This document shows positions 13,101 through 24,988 of a stretch of DNA of 58,755 nt, in pieces. How positions within the stretch are numbered: position 1 is the stretch's first letter; each line of letters starts with the position of its first letter. The notes under the pieces are model-generated. The model saw only the letters and a program-made list of their open reading frames with translations, did not search any database and was not told the origin of the DNA. Location: contig JAUCBJ010009003.1 in the NCBI GenBank assembly GCA_032718475.1, positions 1-58,755 of the forward strand. Direction: 5' to 3'. This DNA is from Nemertoderma westbladi. Lineage: Eukaryota > Animalia > Xenacoelomorpha. A program made the translations under genes and the position numbers.

Positions 13101-15916
13101 GGCGTTTTTAATCTCGTCAGCCAATTTCAGTAAGTCAACGGGTTTTGTAATAGCCCCCCCCTTACAGAGTTCTTCTATCACTGACTTAGCCATACTTACG
13201 GTGCCTCCGTAAATCGATGTTAAGCGATCGTACGCTAATTCGAAGGCATCTGGTACACCGACAAAAGTCTCCGCTAGACGTTTCGGTTCTCCCGTCAGCG
13301 TTTGTAGCAGGTAGTTGAACTTTTCTCTCGATGTAAAAGCACACACAGCAATCTGAGATTCAATGTAGTCTACGAATGTTTAGAATGTTTAGAATGTTTA
13401 GAGTTACTGGAAAACTTAGGTGGTTGTTGCACCGGTAGTCCTTGTCTCGCTGCGAATTTCGCTATTTCTTCGGCAACGTTCAAAGTTCCGCGTCCTTGGT
13501 TGGCAACCTGTTTGATGTTCTCCCTTCTTGGCGCTTTTCTTTGATACGATGTATTCCTCAAAGGTGTCGGTCTTTGCTGAATGTTCGGGTGTCTAGAGTG
13601 TTCGAATTCGGTGTTTTTCGAACTATCGGTTTGAACTTCCTCTAAACGTTCCTCGATCTGGGCCAACTTGTTGACAACTGGTGTCAGAATGTCGGCGAAT
13701 TGTTGTGTACTGATTGCGTCTGTTGGTTGTAACGCCTTTTGTGTTGGTGTATTCTGTGGAGGATTGTCGATAAAGGAGTTATCTGAACGCTCACGTTTAC
13801 ATTCGTCGGCCGCTCCTGTTCTAAATACCTCGCGTTCCGGGTAATCCGACTCGCTTGAAGTACTACTGTCACCTGGATACGGTGGTCGACGTGCTCGTGT
13901 CCGTTGCGTCGTCCGAATTCTAACGTTTCGCTTCGGAACATCGTCTACTGGTCTCTGTTGTTCGGTAGGCTCGCAGGTCTTCCTCGAAGTCGTAGATTGC
14001 AATGTAAACTGGTTAAACGATCGCGTATCCACTGGTCTCCGTTGTTCGGTAGGCTCACAGGTCTTCCTCGAAGTCGTAGATTGTGATGTAAACTGATTAA
14101 ACGGTCGCGTATCCACTGGTCTCCGTTGTTCGGTAGGCTCGCAGGTCTTCCTCGAAGTCGTAGATTGCGATGTAAACTGAACCGGTGGTCGAGTAACAGC
14201 GTTTGAATCCAAAGGCCTTGTTGGCCTAAACGTCATTGGGTAAGCGTAGTGTGTAACAGGTTTTGGCGTCAGAGGTGGACTCACCTGTTTAGTCGTCAGT
14301 AATACAGGTTCGACTAATAAACTACTACGATCTGTAATCGGTGGGTTACTTACCTTGACTTTCGGAATAGGCGACGACGTTGCTCTTGGCGGTGTAAACT
14401 CGTCCGGAATAACAAACCTGTGTTCCGTCGCACCATGGATAGGAGAAATGTTACTACTACCCGCAATCGAAACAGGTTCCTTAGTCGTAACCGGTGCAAA
14501 CATATGAGTTACCTGTGGGAATCGTTGACACAAGTCCTTTACTAATTGTCGTTCCCGTCCGGGTGCTCCTACGCTTCCTTCCTTCTTCCGTTCCTGAATT
14601 TGGCGATGTCTTACCTCTATCTGGTCCAAGTCATGTCCGTCTCGAGATCTCATCGATCGATCGCGGGCTTGTAGATCCAGATCTTCCTTGGCGTTGGCTA
14701 ATTCTCTCGCCTTCCTCCCGAGTTCGAAATGAAGTTTAACTTCCTTCTCGCGTTGTTCCGTCTGTCGTTGTTGCGCCTCGAACTCTGCTTGTCGTATAGC
14801 TGACTGAGCCTTTATTTGCCGTGTTTTCATTTCGGTTCTCGCTTCTGAAGCTAACCTTTGTCGCTCTAACTCGGCCGCAGCTGTTCGTTGCGCTAACTCG
14901 GCCGCTGCTGCTTGTTGTGCAATGTCCAATTCTAACCTTTCCATCTCAGCCGCTTCCAACTCGGCTTGTTCTTGCAGATGGGAGATTCTTGCTATATTTG
15001 CAACGCGTAGCTTCTCTTCCTCTGCAGCTGCTTGTAGCATTAGAAGTTGAGTTTGTTCCTCCCACTCCTGTTGTTGTCTGTAGAGCTGTTGTTGTCGAGC
15101 AATTTCTGATGTAGCCATACTTCCCTCGCCGATTTCGCTACGAATACTCACCAGAGATTGATCCAGTATTCCCGGTGCCGATTCGATTCGTACGGGTGAA
15201 GTTTCCCTCGTATATTCCGGTACGGTTTCCGAATCGCCGACGTCTTCGCCGCACATACGTAAGTGGTCCGTCAGATGTTTCAATTGTCCATCCAGTCGGT
15301 ACAGTTCCTGTTCTTCCTCGGGCTGTAATAATTCGTCCGAAACTGACTCACCTAACAACTGGTCCGCTTGTTCCTGTTGTATGTGTCTAATCGTCGACTT
15401 AAACTGAATCAGTTTCTCTCTAGCGATCATTAGTTTCTCGAGGATTCTAAGTTGAGTATCCATGTCCTGTCTCTGTCTAGCTAGATCTTGTAGGCCAACT
15501 AGATTATCTACGGACTTATATACTTTACTCTGTACTCTAACCTGGAGGGTGTAGAATTCGAATCGAGACATCGGAGCGGTCAACCCGTCTAATATGCGTT
15601 GGCCTTCTCCAATACTCCTGGTAATATGCGCCATATAACCACCGACGCTCCTAACAACGCTTTCCTGACTTCCTACTGAACTTACCATGTCCGTTTCCCT
15701 ATATCTAGGTTGCGGAACAGTTAGAAAGTCCTCGGTCCTGCCGTCGCCTCGTACTACGGCATCCGGTACTCCCGTTGGATGTACTGGTGACGCACACGGT
15801 GTAGGTTCGGTAGGCTCGCGAGTCTTCCCCTGTTGTTCTTCCGCTGCTGACTTATCCGCGTCACATGAGTCATAGTCGGTTTGTGTATTTTTCGTATAGT
15901 CTTGTTTGTCACTCAT
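7175..15916 (-). pseudogene. BEL gag-pol of copy B, originally one ORF, now with 2 frameshifts and 2 nonsense codons
   Basis: Frameshift at ~13375-13400 ((gaatgttta)x3 replacing WHT); in-frame TAA at 12402-12404 (GAA in copy A); in-frame TAG at 9516-9518; +1 frameshift at ~8735. Confidence 0.9.
9085..9440 (-). repeat. In-frame ~183-bp (61-aa) duplication between RNase H and integrase in copy B
   Basis: ggccgctccaatag at 9094 and 9277; built from the same D/P/S-rich subunits as the copy A repeats. Confidence 0.85.
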
Positions 15917-16007
15917 TTCGGTAGTTGTAAGTCAAGTAAAGTGAGTGTCAAAGTATCAAACTTACCGTATTTTATCTAAACGGCTGAACGGTACTAATTA
16001 CAGTCTT

Positions 16008-16140
16008 ATAAAATTAGCCTACCGGCCGATTTTATAGCAGATGGATAAAATTAGCCTAAACGGCCAATTTTACAGCAAATAAATGTCACGGAATAAGTAT
16101 ATAATAAAATTAGCCTAGCGGCCAATTTTATAACAAATAA
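16008..16140. repeat. Three short direct repeats in the BEL 5' leader
   Basis: taaaattagccta..cggcc(g/a)atttta..ca.at occurs three times. Confidence 0.7.
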
Positions 16141-16839
16141 ATCAGATAACGATATGCGTTATCAAAAGGTAAATTAAATACAATAATACGGACTAATTCA
16201 GCAATGAACAAAGAAATCATACGGAATGCATAAATACTTGAGACAGTGGAACCCACAATAATTTTAACTAATACGGTAATGCCTAACTTATTTATGCAAC
16301 TTTTCGAACTCACCCACTCCAATAATTCTCCAGAAAAACAGATTCCCAGATACAAACCGGACGTGAACCTTTCCGTTTTTAACGTTGCGGACGAAACGCG
16401 ATTTTCCCAACCAAAGTTGTTGAGTTATCTATCTCCCAAACTTGCTAAACACGGTCTTGCTCCCGTTACAGTCTAGAAATGAGTTCTGAATCCTGAAAAA
16501 CAAAAGAGTTAGGTTTTACTTTTCGAAAATTTTGTACCGGTACAATATGGTATTTAAACCCTTTTAAACACCGGTATTCAATTCCAAAATATTTTACACG
16601 CGGTTCAAATCAAATTTTTATTTCAAAAAATTAGCTCTTAGCTAATCAAATTCAAATTTTTACCTCAAAATACAGAATTTTCAAATAACTTTAGTCCTAC
16701 CGAACCGTAGTTCAGTAAAACATATTCCTACTAATTGAAGAGATACGCCTATTCCTACTATTGGAAGAGACGGTAACAATACCTGCAATATCTTACTGTA
16801 AAGTTTGTAAATCAAATCATAAATCCGACCTTCTCACCA

Positions 16840-17625
16840 AAACAGTAAACTCTAAGTAAGCGAATATATTGCAGTATCGATCTCTTATAACCGGTGAGGC
16901 AGAAAACAGTCTACGAGCAGACAAACTTCGATGAAACAAAATCCCGCGCAGCGAATCCTAAAATCAGGCTGACTCACTGACGGACTAAGGGGCTCGTATA
17001 CTTTGCCGCGGTGTGATTTATATGGTTGGGCAAAGGGACGCTAGCTAGGTACAGAGGCAGATATTTGGAGATGTCTAACTAGCGAGCAAAGTGCAGTAAG
17101 GACGAAAGTTAATTTTATATATTTTGAGGTGTAAATAATTTCTAACGCGCGTGTGTTAATTCTGAACGGTCAAAAGCAGTTTTGCTCCTTCACATATATA
17201 ATTACTGGGTACGGTGTGCATTTTACGAATATTCTAATTTTATAACTTGTAGGTCCAATACTCACGAATGATAAGGTTCCTTCCCCTCTTGCGTATTTCC
17301 AGGACTCAAATTCAGGCATAAGGTTAATACTACGCCCAGAATTCGGCAATTTTAGGTACCAGGTCCCTGATACTAAGAAGAGATGTGTTAGTTTACTACT
17401 GTAGGCGTACAGGTACTAATAGCTATCCTGGCTCCTATCTAGAATTTTAGTCACCCAGGTAGTCCGGGTAACTTCCTATTAGGGCGTTGGCGGGGACACG
17501 GTAGATGTTAGTATCCCTCCCGGGTTGAGATTCTTAGTATATTTCCTAAGTTCTAAACAAGTCTGCTTAGAAAGGCTTAGAACGCTTAGCAACGCTGGTG
17601 CAAAGGGTGAGTAAAGTACTTAACA
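16840..17625 (-). promoter_or_regulatory. Candidate 5' LTR of BEL copy B (boundaries uncertain)
   Basis: Minus strand begins TGTTAAG at 17625; TATA-like runs at ~17110-17200; PBS-like TTTTGGTGAGAAGGTCGGAT at ~16823-16842. No partner LTR in the window and no canonical CA end. Confidence 0.35.
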
Positions 17626-19080
17626 AATTTTCCAATTTCATAAAAATGACATTGCAAGTTTATAATGTTTAGTAAGTTGTTGCTATGTGACTGACAAGTA
17701 TTACAGGATATATAAACGTGCTTTATATGTAACCGATGATATATGCAAGCACTTTGCAAGTGTAATGAACTAATAACATGCGCATTACAAATCTAGCATA
17801 TATCTGTAACCTATATATTCCCGGCACTAGTTCGAACCTGCGTCGCAAATTTTTTTAAGTAATAATTATTTTTGAAAAATAAATGTTGTGGGAAGAGTGG
17901 CGGTTAGCTTTCGAATGAAAGTAAATGATGACCCCCCCCCCCCCCCTCTGAGACAAGAGAAACAACACACGGAACATCATAGTGAGTGATGTACTGTATG
18001 CTATGCACTTGTGTTTGGTTTGATACTCTTTGTTGCAACCCCCCCCCCCCCTCCCCTATGACATATGTAAACAAATTAATACCGAGACTCAATGTTTTTA
18101 ATATAAACAACATATAAACAAACATATTATTACTGTACGTTACATACACATCAGATCTAAACGCGTAAATACTGTAGGTCTACACTAAAACACAGTTACG
18201 TCGGAAAAATTTATCCAAAAAGTTCAAAAATGGTATTCCTCATTTCTGTTTATGCAATAATACTATTTAATTCAAATTTGTAATCTTATCAAGCGCTACA
18301 GTAGATTACGATTTGAGCACGAAATAAAATAGAAAATTTATCACCCGTCATATAAAGTTACCAATAACATCATCATATTATATTATAACTATATGGATTG
18401 CAGCAATTGTATTTTGAACATTAGGGTTAACTTTTCCCAACGAAAATAGTGGTTCAATGAATACATTAAAATTAGAAATACATACACAGAAACATTAAAA
18501 ATGATTTTAGACATGTTCAAAATCATTAATACAAGGAATTCCAAATAATGAAGTGCTACGGCTACCATTCATAGTACTGGTATTGTAGATATAGATATAA
18601 GGTTATTATTGAGATTAGATGCAGGATAACTAGCGGTTCATTGTGGTGGTCCAGTTGAATTTTAGAGCATTTTTTTTACAATTTCGTTACCGGTACTACC
18701 CGGTGTCTGTGAGAAAAGACGGTTTCCTTGGGAAAATGTCTGGAAAACACAGAATAAAAAATCAGGGAAAATATTTTTAAAGTAGGCCTACTTTTTTATC
18801 TTCATTTTGTTATTTTTTATTGGGAGCTGCCGCTCCCATACCCCAGACCCCCGTTTAGTACAATGAAACAGCTTTAACAATAATATAATATAAAGCAAAA
18901 TTACAATTAATATTATACTCTGAGAGTTTTACAAGAACCTACAGTAACTATAATGCCAAATAGATAACACAGATACAAATAAGAGAAAGCACAACACAAC
19001 ATAGTTTACAGATTCAGTTTACAGCGTCAGACGAGTGGAGTGATCGGCAATCCATCCTCCGTACCCAGACCACTGTGCCA

Positions 19081-19580
19081 CTATAGCCTCGACTCCCTGA
19101 TGCAATGAGAAGCCCCTCGAACTATGGCGAACTGCACACGGCGGCGAACCCACTCCATGACGGTGCTATAAGGTCTGTCCCAGTTGTGGTGTAACCTATC
19201 AGCGAAGATACTCGGGAGCTTGTTGGCATGCGGTGCCAGAACTCCATTCTACGGAGAGACAAGAGACTACGAAGGGTGCAAAAGTCCGCTCTCCTCTGTC
19301 TCGCTGGTTCCACATATAGTGCGGTTTTAGCGTCCTCCACAGATTCTAGGACCCTCATCGGGGGGCGTCCCGCATATGGCTCGGCGTCATCGGTTTACGA
19401 CCCTGATATCTAACAACGCCTGAGTCTGCCGGTTGAATGCCCCCCGAACTCATACATCACACCAAGTCCTGCCTCTCCACTTAATCCAGGCTGGTCTCTG
19501 ACTATGGGTTCCGACTGTCACGTTTCGTGGTCCAAATGCTAGAGAGGCCAGATCCCCAACAACATCACGGAGTTCAATAT
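19081..19580 (-). mobile_element. Degenerate 3' fragment of a CRE-clade-like non-LTR retrotransposon (restriction-like endonuclease domain)
   Basis: Frameshifted translation EPIVR..VRGAFNRQTQALLDIRVVN..DAEPYAGRPPMRVLESVEDAKTALY..RRADF/APFVVS..NWDRPYSTVMEWVRRRVQFAIVRGASHCIRESR*. Matches the remembered C-terminus of CRE-type ORFs. Confidence 0.7.
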
Positions 19581-20160
19581 ATGTCTTTGGATTATGAGGC
19601 CTTTTTTAAATTCCAATTCTTCCAAAGTCAATTGTTATTAATCAAATTTCACTAACATTCAAATAACTTGAATTTTAATTGTATCAATTAGGCATTAATT
19701 CAATTAAATTGTCAATTAGCAACAATCGGACAATTAGGCAAACCATAAATATTTCATTAACGATATAGACAGTACAAACAAAACAAATAAACAATAAACA
19801 AAACAAGTATACAAAAGGCACTAAACAATTAAAGATTACAAAACTCTATAAATAATAACAAAATTAAAGAGTACAAAATACAATAAACAATTGAATTGAA
19901 GTAAACAAACAGCAATAAAGCTACCAGTATAAATTAAAGTAACAAAACGCTATACACTATTTATTAAAGTAAGCAAAACTCATTAAACAATTAAACGTAA
20001 ATAAAGAAAACTCAATAAACGCAACTCTGCAGTTCAGCAGTAGGCCTACTGACCACAAAATGACTGAATGAGTCATTTATTGGCGGTGGATCATGTGACT
20101 GATTTTTAATTGCAATGCGTGTCAAGCACCACTAAAGTTCTTATTAAATTTTTGTCAAGT

Positions 20161-20300
20161 TATAAAGTCAACGAAAGTATGTTCTAGGTATACAAAATTT
20201 GTTAAAAATTTGCTAAGTGCATTGCATGATTATAAAGTCATCGAAATTATATTCTAGGTATACAAAATTTGTTAAGAATTTGTTAAGTGCATTGCATGAT
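20161..20300. repeat. ~70-bp direct tandem duplication
   Basis: tataaagtca.cgaaa.tat.ttctaggtatacaaaatttgttaa.aatttg.taagtgcattgcatgat twice. Confidence 0.85.
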
Positions 20301-21430
20301 AAGTGCCCACCCAAATATTTCTTAAAATCTATACTGTACTTGGCAAGTATTTTTTAATTCCTTAACAAATAATGCAAAATGTGGTAATTGTAAAAATTTA
20401 GTAAAATTATCATGCCAGTACCTTGCCATTAGGTAGTACTTTACTAATATGATAAGATTCTCAACCCGGGCTGATAGCCTCAATTTATTTGCGCCTAGTG
20501 TAAACTGCCCTACCGCCTGAACGGTACAATCCCAATTCAGGTGAAAACACAGCAACCCCCCTAGCCTACAAGTTCTAATGCAATGGACACCGTTGCACGG
20601 CAAATAGTCACAGACGCACCTGTACTTAGCAAGAGTTAAGCGTACAGTTTGCTGCACCCTAACCAATGTGTATGCCTTGTACCGGTGTGCCTACGTCCTA
20701 TCTGCGTACTAGTATCTGCCTGCGCTCTCCCCCCCCCCCCCCCCCGTAGGAATATGAAGGTCTACTGCGGTTTTTCCTGAATCAAGACAGTACAGTCCCT
20801 TTTGATGTAATTTTAGGCTTACAGCGTGTCACTACGTCTACCTTTTGATCTTTTGGTCTTATACTTAGGTAGCAAGGATCGAACGCTGTCTAACCTTTCA
20901 GGCGATGGGCGAATAACTCTAAATGGTATTGCGGGTTGTCTCTCGTCTACATTCCCGTGATGTTCCCGTTCATTGCTGCGGCCCGATCTCTAGCCGGCCA
21001 TCCTGTCCCTGAGTTTGTTCACCGTAGTGAATCCATAGTAAAACAGATAGAAAAGCTGAGAGAATATTCTGACTTTATTACAGAAGATACAATTATAATA
21101 CAATGTAATCTGAGAATAAACTAAGCACGACAGAATATTGATAAGATAATCTGAGAAAGATTGAGATATAAGATATAGTGTTGAGAGATTGATAACTAAT
21201 GAACAAATCGCACCTTTATATAGCAAATTTGTGCCGCAATCAATCGAGAAAATTCTCGATTGTTCTATGGGTTCTAACGGGGTTTTAAAGATAGCTATTG
21301 GTCCAGCTAATATATAACTTGCACGACATTGGTTACAATCAAATAACTACAGTCTCATTGGTACAGATAAATGCAATTAATTTGTAGCGGTTAATTTAAA
21401 TGAGTTGAAATTCTGTACAAAAAATAATTC

Positions 21431-21505
21431 GCACTTACTAGGATTCGAACTCAATACCTACTACACATATAATTTCCAACGCTCTACCGACTGAGCTACT
21501 GAACC
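21431..21505 (-). mobile_element. tRNA-derived SINE head or tRNA pseudogene
   Basis: Minus strand GGTTCAGTAGCTCAGTCGGTAGAGCG..GAGTTCGAATCC carries A and B boxes; acceptor and anticodon stems do not pair. Confidence 0.6.
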
Positions 21506-21631
21506 ACTTGACCGATAGATGTACAAATGATAGAACCAATACGAATGAGAACTTAAAGCAATCTTTACAAAGTTAATCCGAATAAAATAAAATTTTGAAA
21601 ATCCACGGCATTTAGGGAATATAATTCTATA

Positions 21632-24600
21632 TAATTATTTAATGTTGCTACTAATTATGTAAGTTTGTAATTATTTAATGTTGCTACTAATTATGTAAGT
21701 TTGTAATTATTTAATGTTGCTACTAATTATGTAAGTTTGTAATCATTTAATGTTGCTACTAATTATGTAAGTTTGTAATCATTTAATGTTGCTACTAATT
21801 ATGTAAGTTTGTAATTATTTAATGTTGCTACTAATTATGTAAGTTTGTAATTATTTAATGTTGCTACTAATTATGTAAGTTTGTAATTATTTAATGTTGC
21901 TACTAAGTATGTAAGTCTAAGTATGTAAGTTTGTAATCATTTAATGTTACTACTACGTATGTAAGTTTGTAACATGTAATGTTGATACTAATTATGTAAG
22001 TTTGTAATCATTTAATGTGCTACTAATTATGTAAGTTTGTAATCATTTAATGTTACTACTACGTATGTAAGTTTGTAATCATGTAATGTTGATACTAATT
22101 ATGTAAGTTTGTAATAATTTAATGTTGCTACTAATTATGTAAGTTTGTAATTATTTAATGTTGCTACTAATTATGTAAGTTTGTAATTATTTATTTAATG
22201 TTGCTACTAATTATGTAAGTTTGTAATCATTTAATGTTGGTACTACGTATGTAAGTTTGTAATCATGTAATGTTGATACTAATTATGTAAGTTTGTAATT
22301 ATTTAATGTTGCTACTAATTATGTAAGTTTGTAATTATTTAATGTTGCTACTAATTATGTAAGTTTGTAATTATTTATTTAATGTTGCTACTAATTATGT
22401 AAGTTTGTAATCTTTTAATGTTGGTACTAATTATGTAAGTTTGTAATCATTTAATGTTACTAACTAATTATGTAAGTTTGTAATCATTTAATGTTACTAC
22501 TACGTATGTAAGTTTGTAATCATGTAATGTTGATACTAATTATGTAAGTTTGTAATCATTTAATGTTACTACTACGTATGTAAGTTTGTAATCATGTAAT
22601 GTTGATACTAATTATGTAAGTTTGTTTAAAGGCGGGGTAGCTCATTTGGTTGAGCGCCGGGCCTGCAATCTAATGGTTGTAGGTTCAGCCCCGCCAGGGT
22701 CCACTCAGCCTTTCATCCACTGGGGTCGATAAAATGAGTACCAGTTAAATAACTGGGAGCAAAACTTGGGATAGGAGTAGCGCCCACCCCTACCCTCGGG
22801 TAGCAGCTATCGAAAGAGGAGCCTTCGGGTCGCCTCCGGCTTCGGCCGACTGTTTGCTTTGCTTTTTGCTTTTTGCTTTTACTACGTATGTAAGTTTGTA
22901 ATCATGTAATGTTGATACTAATTATGTAAGTTTGTAATCATTTAATGTTGCTACTAATTATGTAAGTTTGTAATCTTTTAATGTTGCTACTAAGTATGTA
23001 AGTTTGTAATCATGTAATGTTGCTACTAATTATGTAAGTTTGTAATTATTTAATGTTGCTACTAAGTATGTAAGTTTGTAATCATGTAATGTTGATACTA
23101 ATTATGTAAGTTTGTACTCATTTAATGTTGATACTAATTTATGTAAGTTTGTAATCATTTAATGTTGATACTAAGTATGTAAGTTTGTAATCATTTAATG
23201 TTGCTACTAATTATATAAGTTTGTAATCATTTAATGTTACTACTAATTATGTAAGTTTGTAATCATTTAATGTTGCTACTAATTATGTAAGTTTGTAATC
23301 ATTTAATGTTACTACTACGTATGTAAGTTTGTAATCATGTAATGTTGATACTAATTATATAAGTTTGTAATCATTTAATGTTGCTACTAATTATATAAGT
23401 TTGAAATCATTTAATGTTACTACTACGTATGTAAGTTTGTAATCATGTAATGTTGCTACTAATTATGTAAGTTTGTAATCATTTAATGTTGCTACTAATT
23501 ATGTAAGTTTGTAATCATTTAATGTTACTACTACGTATGTAAGTTTGTAATCATGTAATGTTGATACTAATTATGTAAGTTTGTAATTATTTAATGTTGC
23601 TACTAATTATGTAAGTTTGTAATTATTTAATGTTGCTACTAATTATGTAAGTTTGTAATTATTTAATGTTGCTACTAATTATGTAAGTTTGTAATCTTTT
23701 AATGTTGGTACTAATTATGTAAGTTTGTAATCATTTAATGTTACTAACTAATTATGTAAGTTTGTAATCATTTAATGTTACTACTACGTATGTAAGTTTG
23801 TAATCATGTATTGTTGATACTAATTATGTAAGTTTGTAATCATTTAATGTTACTACTACGTATGTAAGTTTGTAATCATGTAATGTTGATACTAATTATG
23901 TAAGTTTGTAATCATTTAATGTTACTACTACGTATGTAAGTTTGTAATCATGTAATGTTGATACTAATTATGTAAGTTTGTAATCATTTAATGTTGCTAC
24001 TAATTATGTAAGTTTGTTATCTTTTAATGTTGCTACTAAGTATGTAAGTTTGTAATCATGTAATGTTGCTACTCATTATGTAAGTTTGTAATCTTTTAAT
24101 GTTGCTACTAAGTATGTAAGTTTGTAATCATGTAATGTTGATACTAATTATGTAAGTTTGTACTCATTTAATGTTGATACTAATTTATGTAGGTTTGTAA
24201 TCATTTAATGTTGATACTAAGTATGTAAGTTTGTAATCATTTAATGTTGCTACTAATTATATAAGTTTGTAATCATTTAATGTTGCTACTAATTATATAA
24301 GTTTGTAATCATTTAATGTTACTACTACGTATGTAAGTTTGTAATCATTTAATGTTACTACTACGTATGTAAGTTTGTAATCATGTAATGTTGATACTAA
24401 TTATATAAGTTTGTAATCATTTAATGTTGCTACTAATTATATAAGTTTGTAATCATTTAATGTTACTACTACGTATGTAAGTTTGTAATCATGTAATGTT
24501 GCTACTAATTATGTAAGTTTGTAATCTTTTAATGTTGCTACTAATTATGTAAGTTTGTAATTATTTAATGTTGCTACTAATTATGTAAGTTTGTAATTAT

Positions 24601-24740
24601 TTAATGTTGCTACTAAGTATGTAAGTTTGTAATCATGTAATGTTGCTACTAATTATGTAAGTTTGTAATCATTTAATGTTGCTACTAATTATGTAAGTTT
24701 GTAATCATTTAATGTTGCTACTAAGTATGTAAGTTTGTAA
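21632..24740 (+). repeat. 36-bp tandem array (~80 units), consensus aattatttaatgttgctactaattat-GTAAGT-ttgt; probably derived from the preceding ACE exon end plus donor
   Basis: Direct inspection; interrupted by a SINE at 22631; ends ~100 nt before the acceptor at 24839. Confidence 0.95.
22631..22880 (+). mobile_element. tRNA-derived SINE inserted in the 36-bp array
   Basis: Head GGCGGGGTAGCTCATTTGGTTGAGCG..GGTTCAGCCCC; central CCACTCAGCCTTTCATCC..GGGGTCGATAAAATGAGTACCAG (resembles, from memory, the Meta-type SINE domain); GC-rich hairpin region; (TGCTTT)n tail. Confidence 0.85.
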
Positions 24741-24839
24741 ACCATATTGTTACTATACTCTGCGTATTAGTTTGAAAATTGTTATTGATGCTTCTATTAA
24801 AGTAAGTTTGTACTTATTAACACACTTGTATTATTATAG

Positions 24840-24988
24840 GCCGGGACTTACACACTGAAACCGCTGAAAACGTGGGCTGACTATTGGATTTCTTTGTACG
24901 ACGAGGAAGATCTAGAAAATACAGTTATGAGTCTCTGGGAGGATATTAAACCCGCATACCTCGAACTACATGCCTATACTCGGAATAA
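24840..24988 (+). CDS. ACE: ACE-like (peptidase M2) gene, first exon visible in the window
   Basis: tatag|GCC..AATAA|gtaagt; AGTYTLKPLKTWADYWISLYDEEDLENTVMSLWEDIKPAYLELHAYTRN aligns with ACE ..GDSWRSMYE..LQPLYLNLHAYVR; phase 2 joins 43422. Confidence 0.92.

Larger units (their letters stand above)
6835..17625 (-). mobile_element. BEL/Pao LTR retrotransposon copy B: complete domain set, disabled, 3' end deleted
   Basis: Order Gag-PR-RT(FYVDD)-RNaseH(LHCFSDAS..TPRAELQAA..YWTDAT..NPADIASRG)-IN. The right boundary is tentative (TGTTAAG on the minus strand at 17625). Confidence 0.9.

Noticed and set aside
1697-15875. Plus-strand and alternative-frame ORFs inside the BEL copies
   Set aside because: Shadow ORFs of the gag-pol frame, with no recognisable motifs.
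21241-21262. Perfect 10-bp hairpin caatcgagaa-aa-ttctcgattg beside a minus-strand TATA box
   Set aside because: Real but short; no element boundaries or gene could be tied to it.
21431-21505. Functional tRNA gene
   Set aside because: A and B boxes are present but acceptor and anticodon stems do not pair; treated as a SINE head or pseudogene.
17630-21630. Further upstream ACE exons
   Set aside because: No ACE-like translation with splice sites was found by eye; the region looks like TE remnants and low-complexity DNA.
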